This document shows positions 33,171 to 42,390 of a DNA stretch of 64,000 bases, one piece after another. Position 1 is the first letter of the stretch. Every line of letters begins with the position of its first letter. Under the pieces are notes generated by a model, which saw nothing but the letters and a program-made list of their open reading frames with translations, did not search any database and was not told where the DNA came from. Position numbers and translations under genes: made by a program. This DNA is from an uncultured bacterium (GTDB lineage: Bacteria > Fermentibacterota > Fermentibacteria > Fermentibacterales > JCC-6), in NCBI GenBank assembly GCA_964604135.1, contig CAZRXU010000001.1:16535-80534 (forward strand). Direction: 5' to 3'.

Positions 33171-34392
33171 AAACTACAAAATTGCCTACTGGCTAAGAAC
33201 AGATATCCAGCACTTCGCCCATGTTCAGCACATCTATGAAAACCTTGGCGGTGTGATACTAACAAAGAATCCAGATATTTACAGCTATCTCAGCGAGAAG
33301 TATCCTGAACTTGGAGATGATCTAGTTCTGGTAAAGAATTCAACAGAAGCAAAGAAACTGCTGAACCGGTTTGGCACAAAGATAGTGGTGTACACAGGTT
33401 TTCAGATGATTTTCTGGGGGTATTCTGTTCAGGTGTTTCACGGCTCATCCGACAAACACTACTTGCTGAACCACAGGAGGATTCTGCTTTACGACCTGCT
33501 TCTTCTTCCAGGAAACAGGCATATGGAGAGAATAGCAGGTGCATACAGACTGAAACATCCTGAAAAATTCAAAGTTGTAGGGTATCCCAAGTTTGACAAA
33601 CTGGTTAATGGAATCATTACAGAGAAGCCGCTTTTCGACAACGGAAGACCCACGATTCTGTATGCTCCTACCTGGATAACACAGGGTTCCGGCTCAAAGC
33701 TGAAGTTTTCAGAATACGGCGAGAGTTCGCTACCTTTGTGGGGAACAAAACTGATAAAGGCAATCGTACCCCGCTGGAACCTTATAATCAAGTACCACTC
33801 GCGTATATATGAAAGCCACAGGGAAATATACGACGGCATTAACAGTTGCATTGCAGACCTTAACGCCGGGGATCGCGTTAAAGTTGTAATTGACTCCAAT
33901 ATAACAGAGTATATGAACCAGGCTGATCTGATGATCTCCGATATATCGGCGGTGTGCTACGAGTGGTTCCACACAGGCAGACCAATCGTGTTTGCAAATC
34001 CTTCACCGGAACACTATCGACCTTCAGATGATCAGCTTTCAAACACTTACGCGTGGCAGGCCGGAGATGTTCTTTACGCTGAAGAAGACATAGTTCCGAT
34101 TTTGCAGCGAAACATTGCTTCAGACAGCCATGCCGATATTCGTAGGAAACTGCTTGAACACTCGTTCTACATGCCAGATGGTCACGCAGGTGACAGGCAA
34201 CTGGCAGAGATCGTTAAATTCTATGACAGTGTCGTAAGTTTTAGCAAACTGCGAATGGTGCTGCACAACATCGGTGTGTTTGCAAAGGACACTGTACGAC
34301 ACGCCAGGGAAAAACGGAACAGACCTGTTACTTCCGCCATCTCTGATGAAACCAGACCCACTGTTCCGGAGCATCAAGAATCCACCTGCTGA
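33163..34392 (+). CDS. CDP-glycerol glycerophosphotransferase (TagF family), paralog 4
   Basis: ILYAPTWITQG ... MISDISAVCYEWFHTGRPIVFAN. 8 nt overlap with the upstream gene. Confidence 0.82.
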   Translation: MPENYKIAYWLRTDIQHFAHVQHIYENLGGVILTKNPDIYSYLSEKYPELGDDLVLVKNSTEAKKLLNRFGTKIVVYTGFQMIFWGYSVQVFHGSSDKHYLLNHRRILLYDLLLLPGNRHMERIAGAYRLKHPEKFKVVGYPKFDKLVNGIITEKPLFDNGRPTILYAPTWITQGSGSKLKFSEYGESSLPLWGTKLIKAIVPRWNLIIKYHSRIYESHREIYDGINSCIADLNAGDRVKVVIDSNITEYMNQADLMISDISAVCYEWFHTGRPIVFANPSPEHYRPSDDQLSNTYAWQAGDVLYAEEDIVPILQRNIASDSHADIRRKLLEHSFYMPDGHAGDRQLAEIVKFYDSVVSFSKLRMVLHNIGVFAKDTVRHAREKRNRPVTSAISDETRPTVPEHQESTC

Positions 34393-35200
34393 TTTTGTCG
34401 TTGAGCTGTTTCAGTATGTCGGAAACGGAGTTATTTTCGTCAAAGAACACCGGTTTGTCGATTTCAAGAATATAGCTGCGGCTCTTTCTTCTTTTTATGT
34501 GCATTGTTACTACTGGAACCTTCAACCTTTTTGCAAGGATTGCCGGTGACACAGGTGTAGGTGCTTTGCGACCAAGAAACTCGGAAAGCTCACTGTCCAC
34601 CCCCCTGGTGCTCTGGTCGATAAGTATTCCCAGTGCATAGCCGCTGCGAAGCAGACGCACAATGGGGGAAGCACCTGCGTCTCTGTCCACCGTATGAATG
34701 CCCGGTTTCTGCCTGAGTTTATCCAGAACAGGGGAGGCCTGTTTTTGTGAAAGAGATCTTCCAACAACGGCGGTATTAAAACCCAGCAGTTTTATGGCTC
34801 TTGGAATAAGCTCCCAAGGGCCGAAATGGGCAGTTACCGCAATAACTCCTGTCCCCTGGGACATGGCTTCAACCATGTTTTCAGTACCATGAATTTCAAC
34901 CAGTTTTTTGAAAGTCGAATCGTTTCTGTAAGACAGATAGAAGAAGTCAAAGAAACTTGCCAGAACACTTGAGTATATTTCTGCGGCGCAGACGGTGATG
35001 CCATTATCCTTCATGACGCTGCGGGAGTGTTTTTCGATAATTTTGTTGGATGGCAGCGGCAGAATGGATAATATCCGCCCAAGAATGCGGGCATTTAGGT
35101 ATGACAGCCATCTGGGTATTACTGCAGCCCCAAGTATTACCAGCTTGAAAGCCGGAACGGTAAGGGCATGCCGAAGTGTCTTGAAGGGTAGTCTTTTCAT
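34328..35200 (-). CDS. Lipid A biosynthesis lauroyl/myristoyl acyltransferase family (LpxL/HtrB-like lysophospholipid acyltransferase)
   Basis: N-terminal TM segment, then the acyltransferase region VIAVTAHFGPWELIPRA (HX4D-type motif region). Convergent 3'-end overlap with TagF paralog 4. Start at the internal ATG (MKRLPF). Confidence 0.75.
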   Translation of the reverse strand: MKRLPFKTLRHALTVPAFKLVILGAAVIPRWLSYLNARILGRILSILPLPSNKIIEKHSRSVMKDNGITVCAAEIYSSVLASFFDFFYLSYRNDSTFKKLVEIHGTENMVEAMSQGTGVIAVTAHFGPWELIPRAIKLLGFNTAVVGRSLSQKQASPVLDKLRQKPGIHTVDRDAGASPIVRLLRSGYALGILIDQSTRGVDSELSEFLGRKAPTPVSPAILAKRLKVPVVTMHIKRRKSRSYILEIDKPVFFDENNSVSDILKQLNDKISRWILDAPEQWVWFHQRWRK

Positions 35201-35292
35201 AGTTGGTCGAGAATACGAGGTTTGAAGGTGAACTGTCAAGAAAGACAGCCATCTGATTATATTCCGCACTCACTGCGGCGGAAGGAAGAGAC

Positions 35293-37935
35293 GTGGCACA
35301 CAAGCTTATACTGGTAGATACGCTAAGCCTTCTTTACAGAGGCCATTATGCCATGATGAGAAAGCCTCTCAGAGGTTCCGATGGTACTGTTACAAGTGGT
35401 TTGAACTTCCTTCTCAACGAGCTTTACTCCCTTATAAATGCCAATCCCGACAGTTTGGTGGCTGCCGTCAGTGATGCCCCTGGCCCGTCTTTTCGCAAAC
35501 AGCTTTATCCGAAGTACAAGGCCAACAGGCCCCCTGCGCCTCCTGATCTTATAAAGCAGACTGAAATTGCCAGAGAGCTTATACCGCTTCTGGGTATTCC
35601 ATTTGTTGAACAAATGGGTCTCGAGGCTGACGATATCATCGCCGCCTATGCAGGGGAGGCGAGTGTTCCTGTTGTTGTTCTGTCACCGGACAAGGATCTT
35701 CTTCAGCTTGTAACCAGTAATGTATCTGTTCTTCGCCCGGGGAAATACGGTGGTTCTCCAACACTTGTTAAACACGGAGATGTTGCAGAAATAATTGGAG
35801 TTGATGCTGAATATGTGGCTGACTTTCTTGCTATTTCCGGAGACTCTGCAGACAACATACCGGGTGCCCGGGGAATAGGGCCCAAAGGTGCGGTGAAGCT
35901 AATTCGTCAGTTTGGTGGTGTCGAACAGATTTACGGCAGTGTCGCCGATGTAACGCCGGAATCGGTTCGCAAAAAACTTACAGATTCCAGAGAGATGGTA
36001 GAGCTGAGTTTGAAGCTTACCAAGTTGAATACTTCCCTCAGCGACGAGTTGAAACACAGAGATTTGCGTCTTACAGAGCCTGATCTGGAAAGAGCCCTGC
36101 CCATACTGCAGAAACTGGGGCTTTCAAAGGTGGCGGAGCAGATCAGTCACGGGGTATCCGGCTCTGGCGTGCAGGAACTATTTTCCTGCAGAGTAAACAT
36201 CATCGATGATCTCGATCGCCTGGATTTGCCTGGAGATGGGCCAGTGTGTATCGATACGGAAACAACATCAGCCGATCCCATGAGTGCAGAGCTTATTGGT
36301 TTCTCTGTTACTTCAGTGGAAACACAGAGCTGGTACCTTCACTTTGCAGATTCGCTGAACAGGGAACAGGTACTGAAGGATCTTGAAAAACTGTTAAATG
36401 CCAGGGGGTACATAGCTCAGAACGCCAAGTACGACAGCCATGTTCTAGGCAGATACGGAGTAACCCTTCCGGTTCCTGCAGATGACCCGTACCTGGCTGA
36501 CTACATCCTGAGACCAGAGGCAAGAAGCCACGGGCTGAAAAATATTGTTCCGGTCTGGCTTGGAAAAACAATGAAGACCTTCGATGAGGTTTCCGGGGGT
36601 ACCGGTTCTCTCACCGGTGTTCCTGTAGAAACTGTAGCCCGTTACTGCTGCGCAGACTCTGCGTCTACCATTGCACTGGCGCGCAGGATGTCGGTGGAGC
36701 TGTCAGGCGATCCGGAACTGGAAAAGCTATACCGGGAAGTGGAGCTTCCACTTTCGTCGGTTCTGGGAAATATGGAGAGCTTAGGTATAGGAATAGATAG
36801 AGATGCTCTTCGCCGTGAAGGAGAGCTGATAAGCAAAATGATATTTGAACTCATGGAAACTGCCTCTCAGCAGGCTGGGCGGCCTGTGAACCTTGCCAGC
36901 CCCGCCCGGGTGGCTTCTGTTATGTTCGATACTCTTGGTCTTACTCCTGTAAGAAAAACCGCTAAAGGAGCAAGATCAACCGGTATGACCGTGCTTTCCG
37001 CTTTGAGGAATGAACATCCGTTTGTTGAAACACTTATTGAATTCAGAGAGCTTTCAAAGCTTCTTAATACATATGTAGAGAAACTGCCAGGGTATGTAAA
37101 TCCTGTAACAGGGTTGATTCATACCAGTTTTAATCAGGCAGTTACAGCAACCGGCAGACTGAGTTCCAGCAACCCGAACCTGCAGAACATCCCAATCAGA
37201 ACCAGCAGGGGCAGAGAGATCAGAAAGTGTTTCATCCCTCCGGTGAAGGGTCATGTATTTGTATCGGCGGATTACTCGCAGATCGAACTTAGAATTCTGG
37301 CTCATCTTGCCGGAGAAGGCGTACTGCGCGGTGCATACAGAGAAAACGCAGATATTCATTCCAGAACGGCAGAGGCCGTTTTCGGCGATGCCTCTCCGGA
37401 TCACAGAAGGAAAGCCAAAGAGGTTAACTTCTCTATCATATACGGAATAAGTGCTTTTGGTCTTGCGCAGAGGCTGTCTATTTCCCGTGGAGAGGCAGCC
37501 GGTATTATTTCCAGATACTACGAAACCTATCCTGAGGTTGAGTCTTTTTACAGAAAAATGGTGGAGTATGCCGGAAGCAACGGGGAAATCAGAACGATCT
37601 TCGGCAGAAGACGGTTGTTCGGCGGAATAAATAACGCTTCAGGCAACGCAAGAAAACAGATGGAGAGAGCTGCGGTTAACACTGCTGTACAGGGTTCGGC
37701 AGCAGACATAATAAAGGTAGCAATGATCAGGGTAGAGAACCGCCTCAATAAGGAACTTCCAAAGGCAGGTCTGGTATTACAGGTGCATGATGAACTTGTT
37801 GTTTCCTGTCCTGAAGGGCAGAAGAATACAGCAGAGGAAATACTGAAACAGGAAATGCAGGGGGCAGTTCAGCTGCAGGTTCCTCTTACCGTTGAAACTG
37901 GATCCGGCTTCAACTGGCTTGAAGCTGGCCACTAA
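35293..37935 (+). CDS. polA: DNA polymerase I
   Basis: 880 aa. N-terminal 5'-3' exonuclease (LILVDTLSLLYRGHYA). Central 3'-5' exo-like domain. C-terminal pol A motifs (RRKAKEVNFSIIYGISAFGLAQ, QVHDELV). Confidence 0.95.
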   Translation: MAHKLILVDTLSLLYRGHYAMMRKPLRGSDGTVTSGLNFLLNELYSLINANPDSLVAAVSDAPGPSFRKQLYPKYKANRPPAPPDLIKQTEIARELIPLLGIPFVEQMGLEADDIIAAYAGEASVPVVVLSPDKDLLQLVTSNVSVLRPGKYGGSPTLVKHGDVAEIIGVDAEYVADFLAISGDSADNIPGARGIGPKGAVKLIRQFGGVEQIYGSVADVTPESVRKKLTDSREMVELSLKLTKLNTSLSDELKHRDLRLTEPDLERALPILQKLGLSKVAEQISHGVSGSGVQELFSCRVNIIDDLDRLDLPGDGPVCIDTETTSADPMSAELIGFSVTSVETQSWYLHFADSLNREQVLKDLEKLLNARGYIAQNAKYDSHVLGRYGVTLPVPADDPYLADYILRPEARSHGLKNIVPVWLGKTMKTFDEVSGGTGSLTGVPVETVARYCCADSASTIALARRMSVELSGDPELEKLYREVELPLSSVLGNMESLGIGIDRDALRREGELISKMIFELMETASQQAGRPVNLASPARVASVMFDTLGLTPVRKTAKGARSTGMTVLSALRNEHPFVETLIEFRELSKLLNTYVEKLPGYVNPVTGLIHTSFNQAVTATGRLSSSNPNLQNIPIRTSRGREIRKCFIPPVKGHVFVSADYSQIELRILAHLAGEGVLRGAYRENADIHSRTAEAVFGDASPDHRRKAKEVNFSIIYGISAFGLAQRLSISRGEAAGIISRYYETYPEVESFYRKMVEYAGSNGEIRTIFGRRRLFGGINNASGNARKQMERAAVNTAVQGSAADIIKVAMIRVENRLNKELPKAGLVLQVHDELVVSCPEGQKNTAEEILKQEMQGAVQLQVPLTVETGSGFNWLEAGH

Positions 37936-37944
37936 GGGAAAAAC

Positions 37945-39270
37945 ATGAAAATTGGTTTTATTGCAATGGCTGCTGTGATAGTTGTTCTGGTATCTTCCTG
38001 TGGTACAGCTGAACACATTAATGTTGTTTTGATTCTTACAGACACGGTAAGAGCGGATCATCTGAGCTGCTACGGCTACGAAAGAAGTACTTCACCTCAT
38101 ATTGACAGTCTTGCAGCTGCAGGAACCCTGTTCAAAAACTGTCAGGGACAGGCATCGTGGACTCTTCCCTGCATGGCAACAATCATGTCCGGCGTGGCTC
38201 CGGTTGTTCACGGTGCAGGTAGAAACAGTAGTGATTTACACGGGATCTCAACAGAGGTTCCATGGCTGCCGCTGGCTTTTCACCGTGAGGGATACAGAAC
38301 AGCAGCTTTTTTCAATGTGATCTTCATGAATGAAGATTTCAATTTCCACCGGGGTTTTCAGCATTTTGACTGCAGAGGTGTTTCAAGCGGAAACAGTCTT
38401 AGAAAAGCGGGCCCCACGGTGGATGATTTTATGGAATGGCTTGATACCGGTGATGCTAACAAGCCGTTTTTTGCTGCAGTACACTTCTACGACCCTCACA
38501 TTCCTTACAACGCTCCAGAACCTTACAGGTCTCTATACATAAATCCTGACTACAGCGGATATTACGGGGATTTGTGGGGTAGTGTTCCCGAAATGATGGA
38601 GGTGAATTCCGGTGAAGTTGTTCCGTCAGAAGCCGATCTTCAGAACCTCATAGCACTCTACGATGGGGAAATATCATACATGGATTCGGAAATCGGAAAG
38701 CTGCTTGCCGGGTTGCGGGTCAGAGGTTTTTCGGAAAACACCATTGTTTTGATTGTTGGAGATCACGGAGAAGAATTTTTCGATCACGGGGGCATAGAAC
38801 ACGGCCGAAACCTCTATCAGGAAACAACACATGTTCCACTGATAGCTGCAGGCCCCGGCTTTAACAGTGGGGGTGTGGTTACGCAGCGTGTTGCGCAGCT
38901 GGATATCGCGGGAACACTTGCAGAGGCAGTTGGCATTGAGTTCACAGTATGTGAACCATCACAGAACCTTCTTGAGGAAATGAATGCAGCAAGAGATATT
39001 CCTGCAAGCGGTGTTCTGTGGTACCAGCAAGGTGATCTGGTTTCAATTGTATCAGATAACAGCAAAATAATCTGGTCGGTGGAAGATGATTCAGTGGAAT
39101 CATTTAACCTTGCCACAGATCCGCTGGAGCGGGAAATACTTGAACCGGAAGAAAATCTGGTACGGGCAGCAGAGTATTATTGGGCAACACCCCCGGTAGG
39201 GGAGGCACCCCTGGTGAATTGCAGTGAAACTGCAGCCAGGGAACTGAGGAATCTGGGCTACATCAGATAG
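37945..39270 (+). CDS. Sulfatase-family (alkaline-phosphatase superfamily) lipoprotein, non-canonical active-site motif
   Basis: Signal peptide/lipobox LVSSCG. LTDTVRADHLSCYGY...SPHIDSLAAAGTLF sulfatase N-terminal domain. The position of the usual C-x-P-x-R formylglycine motif reads LPCMATIMSG, which is degenerate. Confidence 0.7.
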   Translation: MKIGFIAMAAVIVVLVSSCGTAEHINVVLILTDTVRADHLSCYGYERSTSPHIDSLAAAGTLFKNCQGQASWTLPCMATIMSGVAPVVHGAGRNSSDLHGISTEVPWLPLAFHREGYRTAAFFNVIFMNEDFNFHRGFQHFDCRGVSSGNSLRKAGPTVDDFMEWLDTGDANKPFFAAVHFYDPHIPYNAPEPYRSLYINPDYSGYYGDLWGSVPEMMEVNSGEVVPSEADLQNLIALYDGEISYMDSEIGKLLAGLRVRGFSENTIVLIVGDHGEEFFDHGGIEHGRNLYQETTHVPLIAAGPGFNSGGVVTQRVAQLDIAGTLAEAVGIEFTVCEPSQNLLEEMNAARDIPASGVLWYQQGDLVSIVSDNSKIIWSVEDDSVESFNLATDPLEREILEPEENLVRAAEYYWATPPVGEAPLVNCSETAARELRNLGYIR

Positions 39271-39739
39271 AGGTAATAACCGCCGACTGGTTTTCAGTTA
39301 CAACCAGATATGAGCCTTCCGGCATGTCAGACAGGTTAACTGTGAGGTGTCCCTGATCATCTGCAGATGCCTGAATAATCAGTCGCCCGGCTTTGTCAAG
39401 AATCAGTACTTCCGACAAGGGTACAATTCCCGTTACTGCAACACTGTTCCCTGAAACTGGATTCTGAGAAAAAGATAGAGTTTGTGCCTGCGGATTGTCT
39501 TCTTCGATTCCGGTGTACCATTCTTTGTAGATAGCATTTCTGGGGCAGTAGTTAACACAGATACCGCAGCCGTCACACAACTCTGGGTCTATGTATGCAT
39601 CACCACCAGCCATTGATATTGCACCCTGGGGGCAGGATGACAGACAGTGACCGCAGCCGTTGCATTTAGCGTCGTTAACAACGAAGATCCATCTCATAGG
39701 TGCAAGCAGTACAAAGGCCAGGGCAATGATTTTAAGCAT
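39263..39739 (-). CDS. 2x[4Fe-4S] ferredoxin-domain protein with signal peptide and T9SS (Por) C-terminal sorting-domain-like tail
   Basis: Two CxxCxxCxxxCP motifs (CNGCGHCLSSCP, CDGCGICVNYCP). N-terminal MLKIIALAFVLLAP signal. C-terminal ~70 aa beta-rich segment ending ...GSYLVVTENQSAVITSI, similar to type-A T9SS CTDs. Start chosen at the internal ATG to limit overlap with the SpoU gene. Confidence 0.6.
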   Translation of the reverse strand: MLKIIALAFVLLAPMRWIFVVNDAKCNGCGHCLSSCPQGAISMAGGDAYIDPELCDGCGICVNYCPRNAIYKEWYTGIEEDNPQAQTLSFSQNPVSGNSVAVTGIVPLSEVLILDKAGRLIIQASADDQGHLTVNLSDMPEGSYLVVTENQSAVITSI

Positions 39740-40214
39740 GTCTTTCTCCTGTAAGTCTTCTACGTTGGATTTCCCAGGCAATCATGGCTGCAGTGCTGGA
39801 TACATTGATACATCCTCGTACACCGGACTGGGGTATTACAACTTTCATCTGACACATATCAAGAACTTCCGATGAAATACCATTTGCTTCATTTCCCAGA
39901 ACAAAGGCGCAGTTAGGGGGAAAATCGGCAATGTGAAGCGGAACTGCATCGGGAGTGTTCTCGGCGGCAACAACAATTCTGTTTAATCGTATGTATTCCA
40001 CAGCTTCAGCGGCGCTGTTAAACCACCTCCATGGAACAATACCGTGAGTGCCTCTTGAAGTTCTGCCCACTTTTCTTCCACCGGGTCGTGCTGAAATCCC
40101 GGTTAGCACAACACCGGCTGGTGATACAGCTTCTGCGGTGCGGAAAACAGAGCCCACATTGAAGGCACTTCTCAGCGAATCAAGAACAAAAACGGGAAAA
40201 TTCTGTGTGAACAT
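39732..40214 (-). CDS. SpoU/TrmH-family RNA 2'-O-methyltransferase
   Basis: SPOUT motifs: LRSAFNVGSVFRTAEA, AFVLGNEANGISSEVLDMC, VIPQSG...INVSSTAAMIAWE. Confidence 0.8.
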   Translation of the reverse strand: MFTQNFPVFVLDSLRSAFNVGSVFRTAEAVSPAGVVLTGISARPGGRKVGRTSRGTHGIVPWRWFNSAAEAVEYIRLNRIVVAAENTPDAVPLHIADFPPNCAFVLGNEANGISSEVLDMCQMKVVIPQSGVRGCINVSSTAAMIAWEIQRRRLTGERHA

Positions 40215-40409
40215 GGTTCCAATCCTGTTTTGCATGGCATCTGGAAAAATTACCCGGCAGAAATATACGAAATTACACACAGGTGCAAATGCCATTGACA
40301 ACAGCCGCTGCCGTGTTTAAATAAAGAACGGGAGGCGCATTACGATGTGTATAGTTGCAGTTATTGGCGGGTGTTTACTGCAGAGGTTTCAATACACGAA
40401 GGGTCTTCG

Positions 40410-40811
40410 ATGAACAAGGTTGTGGTTCGCACCCTCACTGGCGAGACTATCAAAGGATACACGGGAGATTTTTCCAGGCACAAGCCGTCATTCCTGCTTT
40501 CCAGTGATGACGGATCTGTGCGAATAAATCAGATTATTGTACTCAAGGAGCTGAAAGCTGTATTTTTCGTTAAGGCATTTGATGGCAATTTCCTGTACAA
40601 GAAGAAGCTGTATTTCGATGAAGACAGTTCATACGGAAAGAGAGTTGTTGTTAAATTCAAAGATGGGGAAGAGTTTATAGGCAGGGTGGAAACCATGCAT
40701 TCTGACCCTGAGGATTTCGGCTTCTTTATCTTTCCTCTGGACACGGACTCAAACACAATCAGAGCATTTTTCCTGAACGGATCTATCGAGAGTATACAGC
40801 CTTACAAGTAA
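40410..40811 (+). CDS. Hypothetical protein with two tandem small beta-barrel (Sm/KOW-like) modules
   Basis: Internal repeat: VVVRTLTGETIKGYTGDF...SFLL and VVVKFKDGEEFIGRVETM...GFFIFP. Start at the internal ATG (MNKVV). Confidence 0.4.
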   Translation: MNKVVVRTLTGETIKGYTGDFSRHKPSFLLSSDDGSVRINQIIVLKELKAVFFVKAFDGNFLYKKKLYFDEDSSYGKRVVVKFKDGEEFIGRVETMHSDPEDFGFFIFPLDTDSNTIRAFFLNGSIESIQPYK

Positions 40812-41562
40812 TAGCAAGATTTCCGGAGTAGCTCAAATTTCTACCGTCAAAGTCAATCTGAACTGCGTAGATCTTAACCCCAGCTGAAATCGCAGTGTCC
40901 AGTGCATCTGCAAATTCCGGATCTGTCAGCCTGTTTGCCGCAAAACAATCAACACCTCTTACAAACACCAGAAATACCACAGCGGTATTTTTACCAGCCA
41001 GTGTCATTTCTGTGAGTTCTTTAACATGTTTCACACCTCTTGATGTAGGTGCGTCTGGAAACAGTGCTTTTTTCCCGGATTTCAATGTGCAGCCCTTTGT
41101 TTCCACCCAGATATTGTCGTTAACGAGAAAGTCAAACCTGCTGCTTCCAGAAGGGGCTTTAACTTCTGCCTGCAGCTTTTTTGCGTGTTCCACTGGGGAG
41201 TGTGGTCCGGAAAGAAGAGCAGCGGCAATTCTGCGGTGGTATCCGGTGTTAACAAGTATCCACCCTGTAGGGTCTTTTGCTGCAACCAGAGACCACTTTG
41301 TTTTGCGTTCGGAGCCTTCAGGTGCGTGGATAATTAGAACTCTGTTACCTGTGTAAAGCAGTTCTTCAAGCCTGCCCGGATCGGCTACATGAGCCATTAC
41401 AGTTTTCCCCCCGGGCAGTTCAGCTTTCATTAGAAACCTGTTTGGTCTGCTGTTAAAAACCGCTGGAACACAGCCGGATACTGAAAACAGAAATCTTGTA
41501 TTTCTTGTTCGATGCAATTTACGTCCCCTGGGAATGCTGCTGGATACCGAAACTCTGTACAT
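40783..41562 (-). CDS. sfsA: Sugar fermentation stimulation protein SfsA (nuclease-fold DNA-binding protein)
   Basis: Collinear with E. coli SfsA: RPNRFL...GRLEELL...RFDFLV...ETKGCTL...FPDAPTSRGVKHVKEL. Start codon uncertain; it is probably a non-ATG start downstream of the track start. Confidence 0.75.
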   Translation of the reverse strand: MYRVSVSSSIPRGRKLHRTRNTRFLFSVSGCVPAVFNSRPNRFLMKAELPGGKTVMAHVADPGRLEELLYTGNRVLIIHAPEGSERKTKWSLVAAKDPTGWILVNTGYHRRIAAALLSGPHSPVEHAKKLQAEVKAPSGSSRFDFLVNDNIWVETKGCTLKSGKKALFPDAPTSRGVKHVKELTEMTLAGKNTAVVFLVFVRGVDCFAANRLTDPEFADALDTAISAGVKIYAVQIDFDGRNLSYSGNLAITCKAVYSR

Positions 41563-41694
41563 GAGTAAATTTCAGGGCAATCGCAAGCGTGCCGCATGCT
41601 GATTGACTGCAAACAATATGGCATGTATAGTGTACCGCTCGACAGCGCAGGGTTTTAGCAAGAGTATTACAATATTCATCAAGAGGGAGATGCA

Positions 41695-42309
41695 ATGGTT
41701 ACAAGAATCTTTTTTGCAGTTGCAATAGCAGCGGTACTGTTTTTAGGCTGCGGAAGTGAAACACCGGGGGAAGACGCTATTGAAGCAGTAGACAGTGTTG
41801 CTGTGGAGCAGGATGTATTTATGGAGGAACCTATTCCTGTTGAAGAGGTTCCACAGGTTGATGTTGCAGTTACCCTTGAGTCAACAAACGGTGCATACAC
41901 AGCTGTAGATACTATTGACTGGTCGGAAATACTTGCACAGCAGGTTCAGTTCTCCGAATTCACAGACAACAGTGTCTGCACCATCTTCATGGCCAATTTT
42001 GAAACCGAAGAAAATCTAAGAACCGTTGAGCTTCAGCCGGGGCAGGCCGTGGTTTACTTTACGCTCACACAGCCAGCTGCTGATGTACCTATGCCGGGTG
42101 TATACGACATCACAACTTCCGGCACAGAGTTTTCAGGCACAGCTTCAGTCAGAGTTGCCGGGGGATCAACTGTTACACTTTCCCAGTCGGCTACAACAGT
42201 TGGGGAGCTGGAAATTCTTGCAGTAACACCTGATTTCGTCACTGGAACTTTTAATATAGAAGAAAGATGGACAACAATGTCGGGAGCATTCCAGGCTTCC
42301 GTACAGTAG
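41695..42309 (+). CDS. Hypothetical lipoprotein
   Basis: Signal peptide with lipobox LFLGCG. Acidic, Thr/Val-rich mature domain. Confidence 0.5.
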   Translation: MVTRIFFAVAIAAVLFLGCGSETPGEDAIEAVDSVAVEQDVFMEEPIPVEEVPQVDVAVTLESTNGAYTAVDTIDWSEILAQQVQFSEFTDNSVCTIFMANFETEENLRTVELQPGQAVVYFTLTQPAADVPMPGVYDITTSGTEFSGTASVRVAGGSTVTLSQSATTVGELEILAVTPDFVTGTFNIEERWTTMSGAFQASVQ

Positions 42310-42390
42310 GAAATCTGTTTTTCAGGCCCCGGCGATGCCGGGGCCTTTGTGCACCTTGAATAACAGCTTTCGCCGGGGGTTATTCCTGTT

